DNA of 64,000 nt. Origin: Longimicrobiales bacterium. GTDB lineage: Bacteria; Gemmatimonadota; Gemmatimonadetes; Longimicrobiales; Gaopeijiaceae. Numbering within the stretch: the first letter of the stretch is position 1; each line of letters starts with the position of its first letter. The translations under genes were made by a program, and so were the position numbers. Of this stretch, positions 31,301-39,673 are shown one piece after another. The notes under the pieces are model-generated. The model was not told the DNA's origin and did not search any database. It was given only the letters and a program-made list of their open reading frames with translations. Location of the stretch: NCBI GenBank assembly GCA_965203485.1, contig OZ241892.1:64001-128000 (forward strand), in the 5' to 3' direction.

Positions 31301-32003
31301 CACCGCAACCGATCGTGACGCCGCGACGCCCGGAGGTCCTCGGCCGACCGCCTCTCTCTTCGCCGCGTTGCCCCTCGCCGCCGTCCAGGAGCCGGACCCC
31401 GCCGGCGTTGTCGCAGTCGTCCACTTCGACGACGGGGGCGCGGACGCCAGCGACGGAGCCGGGGCCAGCACCGACTCCAAAGAGAAGCAGTACCGTAGCG
31501 ACTGGAACGGCGTCCTGCGTCTCTACAACATTCTCCAGTTCCTGCCCCAGGCCTGGTGGACCACGCGAACAGGCGTTTCCGGCGGCCTCTACCCCGAGTT
31601 CGCGCCGACCGACGCGCTTCATGGCCGCGCCGCGGAGCCTGCGGGGAACGATGCCCACGTTGTCCGGGACGCCGAGTCCGGTCAGGACGACGCTCACCGC
31701 TTCGTCGCCCCGCAACTCCAGCCCCGGCTCCGCCAGCTTGCCCGCCGCGATCTGCCTGCTCCCGAATCCGGCCACGAGCTGGCCGACGGCACCGGGAAAG
31801 TCGTGGCCCACGCGGAACTGGCTTGGCCCGGTCGGCAGGTCGCGGTGTTGCTCCCGAACCAGGAACATCACAGGATGCACTACGAGAGATCGGGCTGGCA
31901 CGTCTTGACAGCGGGGCCGGACGGACTGGCCGGCGCCCTCGTCGACACGCTCGCCCAAGCCCTCGCCGGCCCCCCACCGTCCATGAAAGGCGCGCCACGA
32001 TGA
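25347..32003 (+). CDS. Giant YprA/Hrq1-family DEAD/DEAH helicase with Zn-fingers, DUF1998 and a C-terminal Vsr/PD-(D/E)xK-like domain
   Basis: ATGTGSGKT, VYPMNALASDQ, LTNYKMLD, VVDELH, SATPTLELGIDIG, QRTGRAGRR, several CxxC; DUF1998 DTVPGGTGY..CAC..DGCYRC; ESELEERF..RPDF..VFLDGFEHH..LTWDD. Confidence 0.92.
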   Translation: MIPSVVASEALDALHDFLKTGFGPSNPELSGVVDDFLADPDNLAKGPYLSISLPFEHATEGGEPFPRIPLGFTPYKHQRAAMERLSPDAGCSTVIATGTGSGKTECFLYPVLEHCRRQTGKPGVKAVVVYPMNALASDQARRVARIVHGTPSLRGRVTAGLFIGQAVGSPRDRMGAHAAITDRSAMRERPPDILLTNYKMLDYLMIRPRDRRLWRHNDPDTLRYLVVDELHTFDGAQGTDLACLIRRLRMRLGTSAGKLVCAGTSATLGGDPREYASRIFDQEFDADSIVGETRQTIDAFLGDALIRRHLLPTQDLAKVVDPRRHDTAEAYLRAQHELFLGAPIDGDFEAAEWRVALGEGLRQHVVFVNLLRALDGRPQPLPELAKRLQGSLPVSNDKEALGVLNGLCALISASRRRRASSDNGGNDEPLPFLHVGVHLWVRELRRMVCGLGSHSDVGGKNESRFRLRHSGDLKAGEPFVHLPLVQCRECHVTGWVTKLLAAGGSRPKVLSHRVMDGLQDIYGAFFGGDVDTVFLFPRDRGADPGKSVHPDKSVHSLVCGTCGVLANDESNDVCACPGNALVEVVRPVVVTQRGRSSARAKSRLSKDCPYCNARDAMVVLGARAASLLAVALNQTVSSRHNDDPKVIAFSDNVQDAAHRAGYVSVRTWSANMRAAIAQTVAANDGSSLEELSEQVAARWRNHWRNGGDDDDTPDLARFVGEFIAPDRRWLNDFRELEETGRLPRNSNLPTLVERRMRWNTFAEFGQRSAIGRTLENTRTAAVGVDRATLDEVCETATARLREELEGMRTAPDDLARPLVLGIVRRMKDRGAILTDLVTSYLAKGGNPFVLRYDLALPDLGTDRSAVPVFPGTKATGKSGVEALLGSGGKGKSWYQNWTRKVLDHAGLALAVHDSDVVLGIVFRAMDVTGLVRKADIGKGQHAWGLVPDRLYVSTEVAEMRSGAGRPLVVPRREAKLWRGVPSLDLPTRAAYDRREVARPTWFGRLYRDMKVRRIVAAEHTALLPREQRERLEKRFATKGHRPWHPNVLSATPTLELGIDIGDLSTVMLCSVPPEPANYMQRTGRAGRRDGNAFNLSLATGQPHDLYYYERPLDMLAGKVDPPGVFLNATAVLERQMIAYCLDSWVASGVDERAVPMTMREVLANVERRRLSRFPYPFFDFVGEHARELAASFLAAFDKDLSEDNKRMLSEFMLGDDAIADTGSRLHRQPLVHRLLDRFAEVARERKSIRREAQALQRRAEALSRGPQDESVQAEIDEIVAERRGLQGVLRKINGRETYNFLTDEGLVPNYAFPEKGVMLRSVILRKGDATAGSDGKADQRFDHEVFEYERPAAAALSELAPENSFYAGARRVQIDRVDLETSKLEQWRLCPACVYCERVDSVDEHAACPRCGESRWGDVGQRREMLPLRMVHATTQDRRSRIGDESDQRQPKFYARHLVADFDPDAARTAFVATGTPFGFEYIPSATFREMNFGHRSDQTEPTLVAGLQLPRGGFRICTRCGKVQPPSADNDATVHTRTCPLARRRAGGSGADATAECIYLYREFESEAIRMLVPGVGGAGADLYMHSFVAALDLGLRRKFGGEIGHLRTMECEYPIPQTSRRRKYLLLCDTVPGGTGYLKDRMTDPDKLRSIFDAAHAGLRECACVQDPEKDGCYRCVFAYRRSRDMPTTSRKVAERLVAATLKRWSELEVVKGLTGVAANVLTESELEERFVEALRQRAADSSVEIRSAQVRGKPGYALSVGGNKYRVEPQADFDIADGVAVPSRPDFAIWPDWRPSAGPSEGAGLPQDAPAVAVFLDGFEHHRDQTGKDSAKRMSLARAGRLVWSLTWDDLEGAFGGVPRAPNFLADHGTTQTAVQEALSERWDAQWDTRKLRSRLTAPSFDMLLHYLANPNPAKWRRAVFVKLLGVFDQEQMTSSALRARFDAAASDALPGQALDAVADLAQPVVVGGFGPWVSGAASGKRTATDRDAATPGGPRPTASLFAALPLAAVQEPDPAGVVAVVHFDDGGADASDGAGASTDSKEKQYRSDWNGVLRLYNILQFLPQAWWTTRTGVSGGLYPEFAPTDALHGRAAEPAGNDAHVVRDAESGQDDAHRFVAPQLQPRLRQLARRDLPAPESGHELADGTGKVVAHAELAWPGRQVAVLLPNQEHHRMHYERSGWHVLTAGPDGLAGALVDTLAQALAGPPPSMKGAPR

Positions 32004-33751
32004 TCCGCCGCGTCACCGTCCGCAACTTCAAGCGCTTCGACGAGCAGACGTTCGAGCTTGCCGACTCGGTGGTGCTGGCGGGACCCAACAACGCCGGAAA
32101 GTCCACACTGCTTCAAGCGATTGCGACCTGGAAGATGGGCATCGCCCGATGGACCGCCCGACGCGGGGCGGGCAGCGCCAGCAGCGCGGTCAAGCGGTCC
32201 GGCGTCTCGATCACGCGAGGCGAGCTGACGGCGACGCCCCTTCGGGAGATGAACCTGCTTTGGCGGGACCGCCGAGTCACGCGCACGACAAGGGAAGGAA
32301 GGCCGCCCGGCACGCCCAGGCTGATCGAGATCGTGATCGAGGGGGCCAGGGCTGGCGGTCGCGGCCGCGCTGGCGGCTCTTCCGAGGCCGCCGGAGCCCC
32401 CTGGAAGTGCGGCCTGGAGTTCCAATACGCGAACCCGGAGATGGTCTACGTTCGGCCCCAGGGCGCAAAGCAACTCGACAGCGACAGCATTCGCGACTTT
32501 CCGCCGCGCCAAGCCGCCGACCTGGAAGTCGTGCACGTTCCGCCGCTGGTCGGCGTGCAGCGAGACGAGCCCCGCCTGGACAAGGGGATGCAGGACCTGC
32601 TTGTCGGACAGGGACAGGCCGGCGGCATCTTGCGCAACCTCTTGCTGGAGGCGGCCGAAAAGAAGAACGACGACTGGGACGCGCTGGCCGGACATGTCCG
32701 CATCCTGTTCGGGATCCGCTTGCGAAAGCCCGTCTACTCGCCGGCCCAGCCGTACATATTGTGCGAATACGACGAACCAACAGGATCGGACCGCCCTCTG
32801 GACTTGGCCAACGCCGGCAGCGGCACCCTCCAAGTCATCCTCCTGCTGGCATTCCTCTATGCGCGCCCGGCGTCGGTGATCCTGCTGGACGAACCCGACG
32901 CGCACCAGCACGTCGTCCTGCAGAAACAAGTTTATGGCTTGCTCCGCAAGGTGGCTCGGGAGCGCGGCGGGCAAGTCGTCCTCGCCACGCACTCCGAGGT
33001 CGTCTTGGACGCGACAGCCCCGGAACGCGTGCTGAGCTTCTACGGCGACGAGTACCGAGCGCTGGCAACGCCCGCAGAACGCGACCAGCTCCGCGAGGCC
33101 CTCAAGCGACTGACGACCACCGATCTGTTGCTGGGACGGGAGGTCGGCGCCGTCTTGTACGTCGAGAACGAGTCGGACGAACGCATCTTGAAGGAGTGGG
33201 CGGACATCTTGGGCCATCCCGCCCGTCGCTTCCTTGCACGGCCGTTCGTGCACCATTTGGCGGGCAGCAACATCGGGGACGCCAAGAACCACTTCTTCGC
33301 TCTACGGGCGGCGTTTCCGGATATCAGGGCGGCGTGTCTTCTGGACGGCGACAACAGGAACAAGCCGGACGCCGAGACGACCGGAGCCGGCATGAAGGTG
33401 CTTCGCTGGCGGCGCTACGAGATCGAAAACTACCTGCTCCATCCAGAGACCGTCGAGCGCTTCCTCGGCCTTCCTCATCGGGAGCTTGTGCGAAATGCCT
33501 TCGACAGGCAGGTTCCCGTCGGCACCGACTACTTTGGCGATCATCCGGCGCTGTCGCGGGTCAAGGCAAGCAACGAGTTTCTGGTGCCGCTGCTGGATGA
33601 CGTCGGCGCGCCCACCCCCAAGCGCGACCTCTTCCTGCTGGCCGCCGCCATGAGACCCGAGGAGATTCACCCCGAGGTGATCGAGAAGCTGAACGCCATC
33701 GAAGAGGCGCTCAACCCGCGCACCGGGGACGTCCGTGAGGGATGCCCGTAG
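32000..33751 (+). CDS. ABC ATPase-TOPRIM fusion (OLD-family-like nuclease)
   Basis: ATGA-coupled to the helicase; GPNNAGKS, AGSG, LLDEPDAH, ATHS; TOPRIM LYVENESD, LDGD, RYEIENY. Confidence 0.85.
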   Translation: MIRRVTVRNFKRFDEQTFELADSVVLAGPNNAGKSTLLQAIATWKMGIARWTARRGAGSASSAVKRSGVSITRGELTATPLREMNLLWRDRRVTRTTREGRPPGTPRLIEIVIEGARAGGRGRAGGSSEAAGAPWKCGLEFQYANPEMVYVRPQGAKQLDSDSIRDFPPRQAADLEVVHVPPLVGVQRDEPRLDKGMQDLLVGQGQAGGILRNLLLEAAEKKNDDWDALAGHVRILFGIRLRKPVYSPAQPYILCEYDEPTGSDRPLDLANAGSGTLQVILLLAFLYARPASVILLDEPDAHQHVVLQKQVYGLLRKVARERGGQVVLATHSEVVLDATAPERVLSFYGDEYRALATPAERDQLREALKRLTTTDLLLGREVGAVLYVENESDERILKEWADILGHPARRFLARPFVHHLAGSNIGDAKNHFFALRAAFPDIRAACLLDGDNRNKPDAETTGAGMKVLRWRRYEIENYLLHPETVERFLGLPHRELVRNAFDRQVPVGTDYFGDHPALSRVKASNEFLVPLLDDVGAPTPKRDLFLLAAAMRPEEIHPEVIEKLNAIEEALNPRTGDVREGCP

Positions 33752-33772
33752 TGCAACCACCCTACACTATGG

Positions 33773-33814
33773 AGAGCGAAGCATGAAAGAGCTAGAGCGA
33801 AGCATGAAAGAGCT
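33773..33814. repeat. Perfect 21-bp tandem duplication spanning the csb1 start
   Basis: agagcgaagcatgaaagagct at 33773-33793 and 33794-33814; gives two in-frame ATGs (33783, 33804). Confidence 0.9.
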
Positions 33815-34997
33815 TCTGACCGACGCGGCGTTCATTCGGGCGCGTGCCAAACTCCAACCCGCCGCGGGCAAGGGGGAACCCGTGATCCCCGCTCGATACC
33901 CCGAAGCCAAGAGATGGGACGCCGTTACCAGGAAGATGGTGGACACGCCTTTCTGCTGGGCTGAGCGGGACGGCGCACGAACCGTCGTGCTGTCATCTTG
34001 GGGAGCCGAGGCCCACGCAATGGCCGACGCGCTCGACGGGGCCAGCGTGTCCGTTCCGCAGCTGGTCGTGGACTTCAAGGACCACGCCTATACCTCGCGC
34101 CTCGGCCTGAATACTCTCGGTTCCCGACAGCTCCCTCACCGCTACGCGAGTGCCGAGATTCGCGATTCCTTCTTGGGAGGCAGTAGCTTCGCAGAGAGCG
34201 CGCAAGGCAAGGCCATCCTGGAGGCCCGGCCGGAGTCGGACTGCCGGGCGCTCTACAGGCATGACCCGTTCGCGATTCTGTGTGGCGGATGGAACAGCCA
34301 CTCAGACATGTCTCCCGAAATGGCTCCGAAGTTCGGGCGAATGATCGTCGCCGCCGTTCGGGCGCACGGCGCGGAGCCGTTCTTGGCCGCGCCAGTCAAG
34401 ACGGACGTCCTGCGGATACCCAGAGATATCAATATGCACTGCCTTGGCTATCCAAGGAATCGCAAGGACGGCAAGAGGAAGAAGAGTCTGAGGAACAAGC
34501 CGAGCACCTATGGGTACGGTAGCGTCACCCAGGAAGAAGGACCATCGGACGCAGCAGTTACCATGTCGCATGCGGTCTTCACCTGGACATTGTCGTTGCA
34601 GGCCCTGCGGAATCTTCGGTTCGGCGACTGGGACGACGAACAAGCCAAGGCGGCGCGCACGGCTCTGATGGGCCTGGCATTGCTCGTGCTGGCCAGACGG
34701 TTCGAGCGCGGGTTCCACCTCCGATCCACATGCGACCTGAAAGTGGTCAAGGTCGACATGGAGCGCATCGACAGGGCGACGCTGGGTAACGAGGTGCCAC
34801 GCACGTCGCCGTTGTCCTTGAGTTCGAGCGAAGCCAAGTTGTTTCTGCGCACGGCGGTGAAAACGGCCAAGGAACTGGACGCTGCTTGGTCGGACGAAGA
34901 TATCGTCCTCGACCCCGCCCCGTCGTCCGAGGAGCAGAAGCCGAATAGGCCGTCGCTCGAGAAGATGCTGGACAAGGCCGAACAGCGGCAATCGTGA
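33783..34997 (+). CDS. csb1: Type I-G CRISPR Cas7 (Csb1), divergent
   Basis: LQPAAG..VIPARY, PHRYASAEIRDS, CGGWNSH, KFGR, PSTYGYGSV, LSLQALRNLRFG, ARTALMGLAL, GFHLRSTCDL. Confidence 0.85.
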   Translation: MKELERSMKELLTDAAFIRARAKLQPAAGKGEPVIPARYPEAKRWDAVTRKMVDTPFCWAERDGARTVVLSSWGAEAHAMADALDGASVSVPQLVVDFKDHAYTSRLGLNTLGSRQLPHRYASAEIRDSFLGGSSFAESAQGKAILEARPESDCRALYRHDPFAILCGGWNSHSDMSPEMAPKFGRMIVAAVRAHGAEPFLAAPVKTDVLRIPRDINMHCLGYPRNRKDGKRKKSLRNKPSTYGYGSVTQEEGPSDAAVTMSHAVFTWTLSLQALRNLRFGDWDDEQAKAARTALMGLALLVLARRFERGFHLRSTCDLKVVKVDMERIDRATLGNEVPRTSPLSLSSSEAKLFLRTAVKTAKELDAAWSDEDIVLDPAPSSEEQKPNRPSLEKMLDKAEQRQS

Positions 34998-36415
34998 GCA
35001 CCATCGGCATCAGAGTGCGGTTCGTGGCAGACACCTTCGCTGCCACCGACGCTTCCGGCCGAGCCGAGTGGCCTCCACATCCCGCGCGGTTGCTGTACGC
35101 GGCCGTGGACGCCGCCGGAGCCGATGTCACTGAACCGGAAAAACGCGCCCTGCGGTGGCTCGCCAAGCAGTCGGCGCCGTCGATCTCCTGCCCCAAACCC
35201 TTCGTCCGGACCGGGGAACCCAAACCCTACATGCCCTACGTTCCGGAGCGGCTCAATGGCCTGACGCCAAGAACTAACGATCGGCCGTTCCCCGAAGTCG
35301 TGTTGCCCGACGGTCGGGAAGACATCGTCTTCGGCTTCGACAAACACTGGCCGGAAGTTCTGGTCGCGGACCTTGACCGGTTACTGGCCAGAGTTCGGCG
35401 CTTGGGCACCCACCGCAGTCCCTGCGTCGTGGACCTCGTGCGACCGGTTCCGCGACCCGCGTGGGTTCGCAAGCCTAGCCACGTTCCCGACGACCACCCC
35501 GAGGTCCGCTGGCTTCGCTGGGGCTACGAAGGCATCGTCGACGACCTGCGCCAGGAGTGGCAGAAGCGTTGCGGACGGGGCCGCCGACAGGCGGACTTCG
35601 CACGCGAACCCATGAAGGCCAGCCAAGTTGCTTACGTCCCCGCGAAGCGCGCTCGTGAGCCGCAACGCCGAGAAGGGGCTATCGAGACCTTTCGCCTGGC
35701 TGGCGACCGTTTCTACGCACGCGACGCTGTCCATGTCGTCACGGCCGTGCGCGTCGCCTTGAACGAGACGACGGGCGGTGCCCTCGCAAGCGTTCACGGT
35801 CACGCCCCGGATGGGCGACCGGCCAAGAACGAGCAGCGCGTCGGCGTGATTCCGTTGATCGACGCCGGGTACGAGTGGTCCGACGGACGCATCATCGGCG
35901 TCGGCTTTGTGATCCCGCCCGCCCTCGAGTACGACGACGATCTTCTGCGAGGCTTGGGAGTGCTTCACAGACGCCCGATCCGGGTGCCGGGACGCTCGGC
36001 TGCGCGCTTGGCCACGCTCGAAGAGCGGGACGACACATGGGCACTGAACCCCGAGAGATGGACCCGTCCTAGTCGGCGATGGGCAACGGTGACGCCGATC
36101 GTGAACGATGGCTTCCCGGGTGGGAGCGGCTCCCGCCTCCGCCCATCCGGAAGCGGCAAGGTGGCGAAGAAGGTTGGGAAAATGTTGATGCAGGCGGCGC
36201 CAACTGCTAGCGGGTTTGAGATTAAGATGTCGCGAAGACCGCTGATGCGCGGCCTGTCTCCGTCCTGGGAATTCACCGCCCCCGAGCATCGCCGATGGTC
36301 GTGGCGGATGCATCTGCAGGTCGTCTTCGACGAGCCGGTCGCCGGACCGCTCCTCGTCGGCCCGGGACGATGGCAGGGCTGGGGACTGCTGGCCCCGGTA
36401 CCGAATCGTGAGTAG
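34994..36415 (+). CDS. csb2: Type I-G Csb2 (Cas5-Cas6 fusion)
   Basis: EWPPHPARL, LGTHRSP, WATVTP and the C-terminal G-rich loop GPLLVGPGRWQGWGL. Confidence 0.9.
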   Translation: MSTIGIRVRFVADTFAATDASGRAEWPPHPARLLYAAVDAAGADVTEPEKRALRWLAKQSAPSISCPKPFVRTGEPKPYMPYVPERLNGLTPRTNDRPFPEVVLPDGREDIVFGFDKHWPEVLVADLDRLLARVRRLGTHRSPCVVDLVRPVPRPAWVRKPSHVPDDHPEVRWLRWGYEGIVDDLRQEWQKRCGRGRRQADFAREPMKASQVAYVPAKRAREPQRREGAIETFRLAGDRFYARDAVHVVTAVRVALNETTGGALASVHGHAPDGRPAKNEQRVGVIPLIDAGYEWSDGRIIGVGFVIPPALEYDDDLLRGLGVLHRRPIRVPGRSAARLATLEERDDTWALNPERWTRPSRRWATVTPIVNDGFPGGSGSRLRPSGSGKVAKKVGKMLMQAAPTASGFEIKMSRRPLMRGLSPSWEFTAPEHRRWSWRMHLQVVFDEPVAGPLLVGPGRWQGWGLLAPVPNRE

Positions 36416-38879
36416 CGAATCCGACTTTCGGGAAGTCGTGCGCGCCGTCTTTGCCGCGATGTACGGAGCCCCGCCCTACGCTTGGCAGGAGAGGATGGCG
36501 GTGCGGCTTCTACGTCGCGATCTCCCCAGGAGGGTCCGCCTTCCGACAGGCTCGGGCAAGAGCAGCATCGCCATTCTGGCATTGGTGGCCAGAGCCTACG
36601 AACCGTCGCTTCCGCGGCGCGTCTGGTTCGTCGTGGACCGCCAAGTCGTCGTGCACCAAGCCTCCGAGTCTGCACGCAAGTTCCTGGAACTGCTGAACAA
36701 CGCCGAGAGCGGCGCCCTGGCCGACCTCCGCGATCGACTGAAGGCGATTGGTGGCACGGGCGAGCCGTTTCTGATCTCTGAGTTGCGCGGCGGCATACCG
36801 CCCGAACAAGAATGGCGCAAGAACCTGCTGGTACCGCAGATCATCGTGTCCACCGTGAATCAGCACGGATCGCGGATCATGCTGCGAGGCTATCGGTCCA
36901 GAGCCCGCAACCGTCCAGTCGAAACGACTTTTGCCGAGCGCGACTCGCTCGTGATCCTGGACGAAGCGCACATCTCTAGCGTCTACGCGACCACATTGCG
37001 CGCGGCCAAGGAGCGCCTGGACGACGAGCCGGGAGCGGCGACAGGACCGGCGAATCTGGAAACGCTGGAAATGTCGGCCACGCTGGAAGCTTCCGACTTT
37101 GAGGACGACGGCGGATGTCCGGGGCTAGCGTCCCTTGCGAGCGTCGAGAAGACCGTCGTCAAGACGGTGCACAAGACCGAATTCGAGGAAGATCCCGTGC
37201 GCGTGATCGACGAACTGGATGCAACCCGCGTTATCGTGGCATGCAACACCGTGCGCGATGCATTGGCCGTCTACGACAAGTTGCGCCGGCAGCAGCAGAA
37301 CACGACGCATCTGCTGACCGGCCGCATGCGCGGCATCGACAAGACGGAAAAGTTGGGAGCCGTGCAAGCCGTCTTCGGCGATGCCGAACCGGCTGAATGC
37401 CATGTTCTCGTCGCCACGCAAGCCATCGAGGTCGGAGCCGATTTCACCTGCAACGCCATGGTGTCGTATGCGGCTCCGTCCGACATCATGGCGCAGCGAT
37501 GCGGCAGGCTCGCTCGCAGAGTCGGCGACGGTCCCGGTAAGCTAGTCGTCGTGAAGGGAGCCACATGGTACGACGAGTTGTCTGAGGACGAGCCCGCGAA
37601 GGCCACGATCGCACGTCTGCCCGTCGGTGCCGACGTCTCGACGTCCGCATGGCAGTCGGACAAGTGGGCTCCCGAGACCAGAATGCCCCGACCGCGCCCG
37701 CCCGTGATGTTGCCCTCGGATTGGGAAGTGCTCGAGCTCACCAATCCGGAAGCGAAATGGAGCCCTGCGCCGGAAGCGTATCTCCACGGAGAGCGCGAGA
37801 AAACGTCGCGCGTCGCCGTTGCATGGCGCCGAGACGCCAGAGACGCCATTGCCGACGGGCTCGCCCGGTACTTGGAAGCCTGCCCGTTCGTCGCCGCCGA
37901 ATGCGCCGAAGTCCCGGTTTCGGAAATTCGGCCGTGGCTGAAGAGCTTGCGCGACGATCTGTGGACGGCGGTCGATGACCGTGACATCGTACCCGCCGTC
38001 TCCTGGGACCAGGTAGGGCCACAGCATACCGTGCTGGTCGACTCCGATGTCGGCGGCCTTCGCGACGGCACTTTCGACAAGGGCGCGTGCGGCACGATCG
38101 ACGACGTGTGGGAAAAGGCCTACGAGGCCGCGATCGGACGGCGGGTCGTCAGAATCCGCAACCGGTTGCGAGAAGAGCATCGCCACCGTATTCGCCGCGT
38201 GGTTGAACGCGACAACGGCTTCCGACCCGCTAGTCTTGCGCTCGTCGAACTCGGAAACAACGAGCCGAGAAAGGGGTTCTGGCTGGCCGTGGCCGCTAGC
38301 GACTCCACACTGTCCGGCGATGCCGAGCCCCCGCTGTTGACCGAACACGCTACCGCAGTGGAAGACCGGGTGCGTCGCATCTGCCGCGCGCTGGACATGC
38401 CCGACGACCTGACGGGATCAATGTGTCTGGCCGCGCGCCACCACGACGGCGGAAAGCAGGACATCCGGTTCCAGGCGATGCTGAGAGGCGACAACCGACT
38501 GCGGGCCGCCGTTGGACCACCGATCGCACGCTCCACGCCCAAGCATCGCAACGTCAGGTGTCCCTATCCGTCGGGCAAGCGCCACGAGTTCGCTTCGGCC
38601 GCAAAGTTGTTGCACAAGGCCGACAAGCTCGCCGTGCACCTCGTCATGGCCCACCATGGCCACGCGCGTGTCGGCGCAATCGAGCCGGACGCCGAACCGC
38701 CCAACCCTTCAACCACATTCGCTTCCACCGCAGACTTGGAACTGGTCAAGGCGGAACAGCCGCGACGCTTCGCCGAACTGCTCGAGCACCACGGCGGTGG
38801 ACTGCTCCGACTGCTGGAAGCCATACTGGTCACCGCCGACCGCCAAGTTGCCGACAAGGAGGACGAACGATGGAGATGA
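36408..38879 (+). CDS. cas3: Type I-G Cas3 (helicase with C-terminal HD nuclease)
   Basis: PYAWQ, LPTGSGKS, VVDRQ, LDEAH, MSAT, ATQAIEVGAD, QRCGRLAR; C-terminal EH, HHDGGK..FQ, RHE, HHGH, LEAILVTAD. Confidence 0.93.
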   Translation: MSSESDFREVVRAVFAAMYGAPPYAWQERMAVRLLRRDLPRRVRLPTGSGKSSIAILALVARAYEPSLPRRVWFVVDRQVVVHQASESARKFLELLNNAESGALADLRDRLKAIGGTGEPFLISELRGGIPPEQEWRKNLLVPQIIVSTVNQHGSRIMLRGYRSRARNRPVETTFAERDSLVILDEAHISSVYATTLRAAKERLDDEPGAATGPANLETLEMSATLEASDFEDDGGCPGLASLASVEKTVVKTVHKTEFEEDPVRVIDELDATRVIVACNTVRDALAVYDKLRRQQQNTTHLLTGRMRGIDKTEKLGAVQAVFGDAEPAECHVLVATQAIEVGADFTCNAMVSYAAPSDIMAQRCGRLARRVGDGPGKLVVVKGATWYDELSEDEPAKATIARLPVGADVSTSAWQSDKWAPETRMPRPRPPVMLPSDWEVLELTNPEAKWSPAPEAYLHGEREKTSRVAVAWRRDARDAIADGLARYLEACPFVAAECAEVPVSEIRPWLKSLRDDLWTAVDDRDIVPAVSWDQVGPQHTVLVDSDVGGLRDGTFDKGACGTIDDVWEKAYEAAIGRRVVRIRNRLREEHRHRIRRVVERDNGFRPASLALVELGNNEPRKGFWLAVAASDSTLSGDAEPPLLTEHATAVEDRVRRICRALDMPDDLTGSMCLAARHHDGGKQDIRFQAMLRGDNRLRAAVGPPIARSTPKHRNVRCPYPSGKRHEFASAAKLLHKADKLAVHLVMAHHGHARVGAIEPDAEPPNPSTTFASTADLELVKAEQPRRFAELLEHHGGGLLRLLEAILVTADRQVADKEDERWR

Positions 38880-39673
38880 CTATGACGACTCTCGACGGCA
38901 CATGCCCCATGCACTTCATGGCGGCCGCCGGGCTCCTGCGACTTGCCCCCGCGCACAGCCGGGGTGCCTGGGGAAAAGACAAGCGACTGAGCATCTCGGC
39001 AGGCATCGAAGACGCTGTTGCCGAGCATCTGGTCAACGAAGGCACTCAGCTCGAGGATTGGATAAAGGTTGTGGAGAACGCGAACCAGGACCGCCCGAGA
39101 AAGGACAAGAGTAAGGTGTCGGGATCGACGCTTACGCTAGCCGAGCAGGATAAGGATCTTCTGGACACGGCGCCACCGTCGATGATCGCGCTCCAGCATC
39201 CGTCGTGGACCGATGGCAACAAGCTCCGCCAGTCGCACTGGGTGTTCACCGCCGGGAACCAACGGTTTCTGCCCACGATCGCGTGCGCCATGTCCTCCGC
39301 CACGCCGGACGGCATTAAGGCGCTCCTGGCTGGCAATGGCCAGCTAAGAAAAGGTGCCGCGATCTGGGACTACGAACGCCAGACGCTGGCCCGTGCCCGC
39401 AGTACGAACGACTCTGCCAAGTGGCGGCGCCCACTGTTGGACGCGCTGGCCTTTGCCGGTCTTCGGACCTGGCCGATACACGTGCCCCTCGGGCCCGCAG
39501 GGTGGACGCGACGCCAGCGAGAGCTGTGGTTCGAGTGGGCGTTGTGGCGTGGCGCACTTCCATACGCCGCCGCCGCGCTATGCATCAAGAGCCTTCTCGG
39601 CGAACGATGGACCGCCCGCTGTGCCCGGCCAAAGGGGTACTATCGGTACTTCGGTCATTCCCGCCGGGCCTGA
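38870..39673 (+). CDS. Small type I-G large subunit (Cas8g/Csb3-like, 267 aa)
   Basis: RBS aaggagg; LDGTCPMHFMAAAGLLRL, FTAGNQRFL, WD, LAFAGL, FEWALW; position after cas3. Confidence 0.72.
   Translation: MEMTMTTLDGTCPMHFMAAAGLLRLAPAHSRGAWGKDKRLSISAGIEDAVAEHLVNEGTQLEDWIKVVENANQDRPRKDKSKVSGSTLTLAEQDKDLLDTAPPSMIALQHPSWTDGNKLRQSHWVFTAGNQRFLPTIACAMSSATPDGIKALLAGNGQLRKGAAIWDYERQTLARARSTNDSAKWRRPLLDALAFAGLRTWPIHVPLGPAGWTRRQRELWFEWALWRGALPYAAAALCIKSLLGERWTARCARPKGYYRYFGHSRRA

Noticed and set aside
25347..32003. Calling the helicase Druantia DruE or canonical DrmA
   Set aside because: No DruA-D/F/H partners recognised, and DUF1998 is fused with no DrmC, so neither canonical name is supported.
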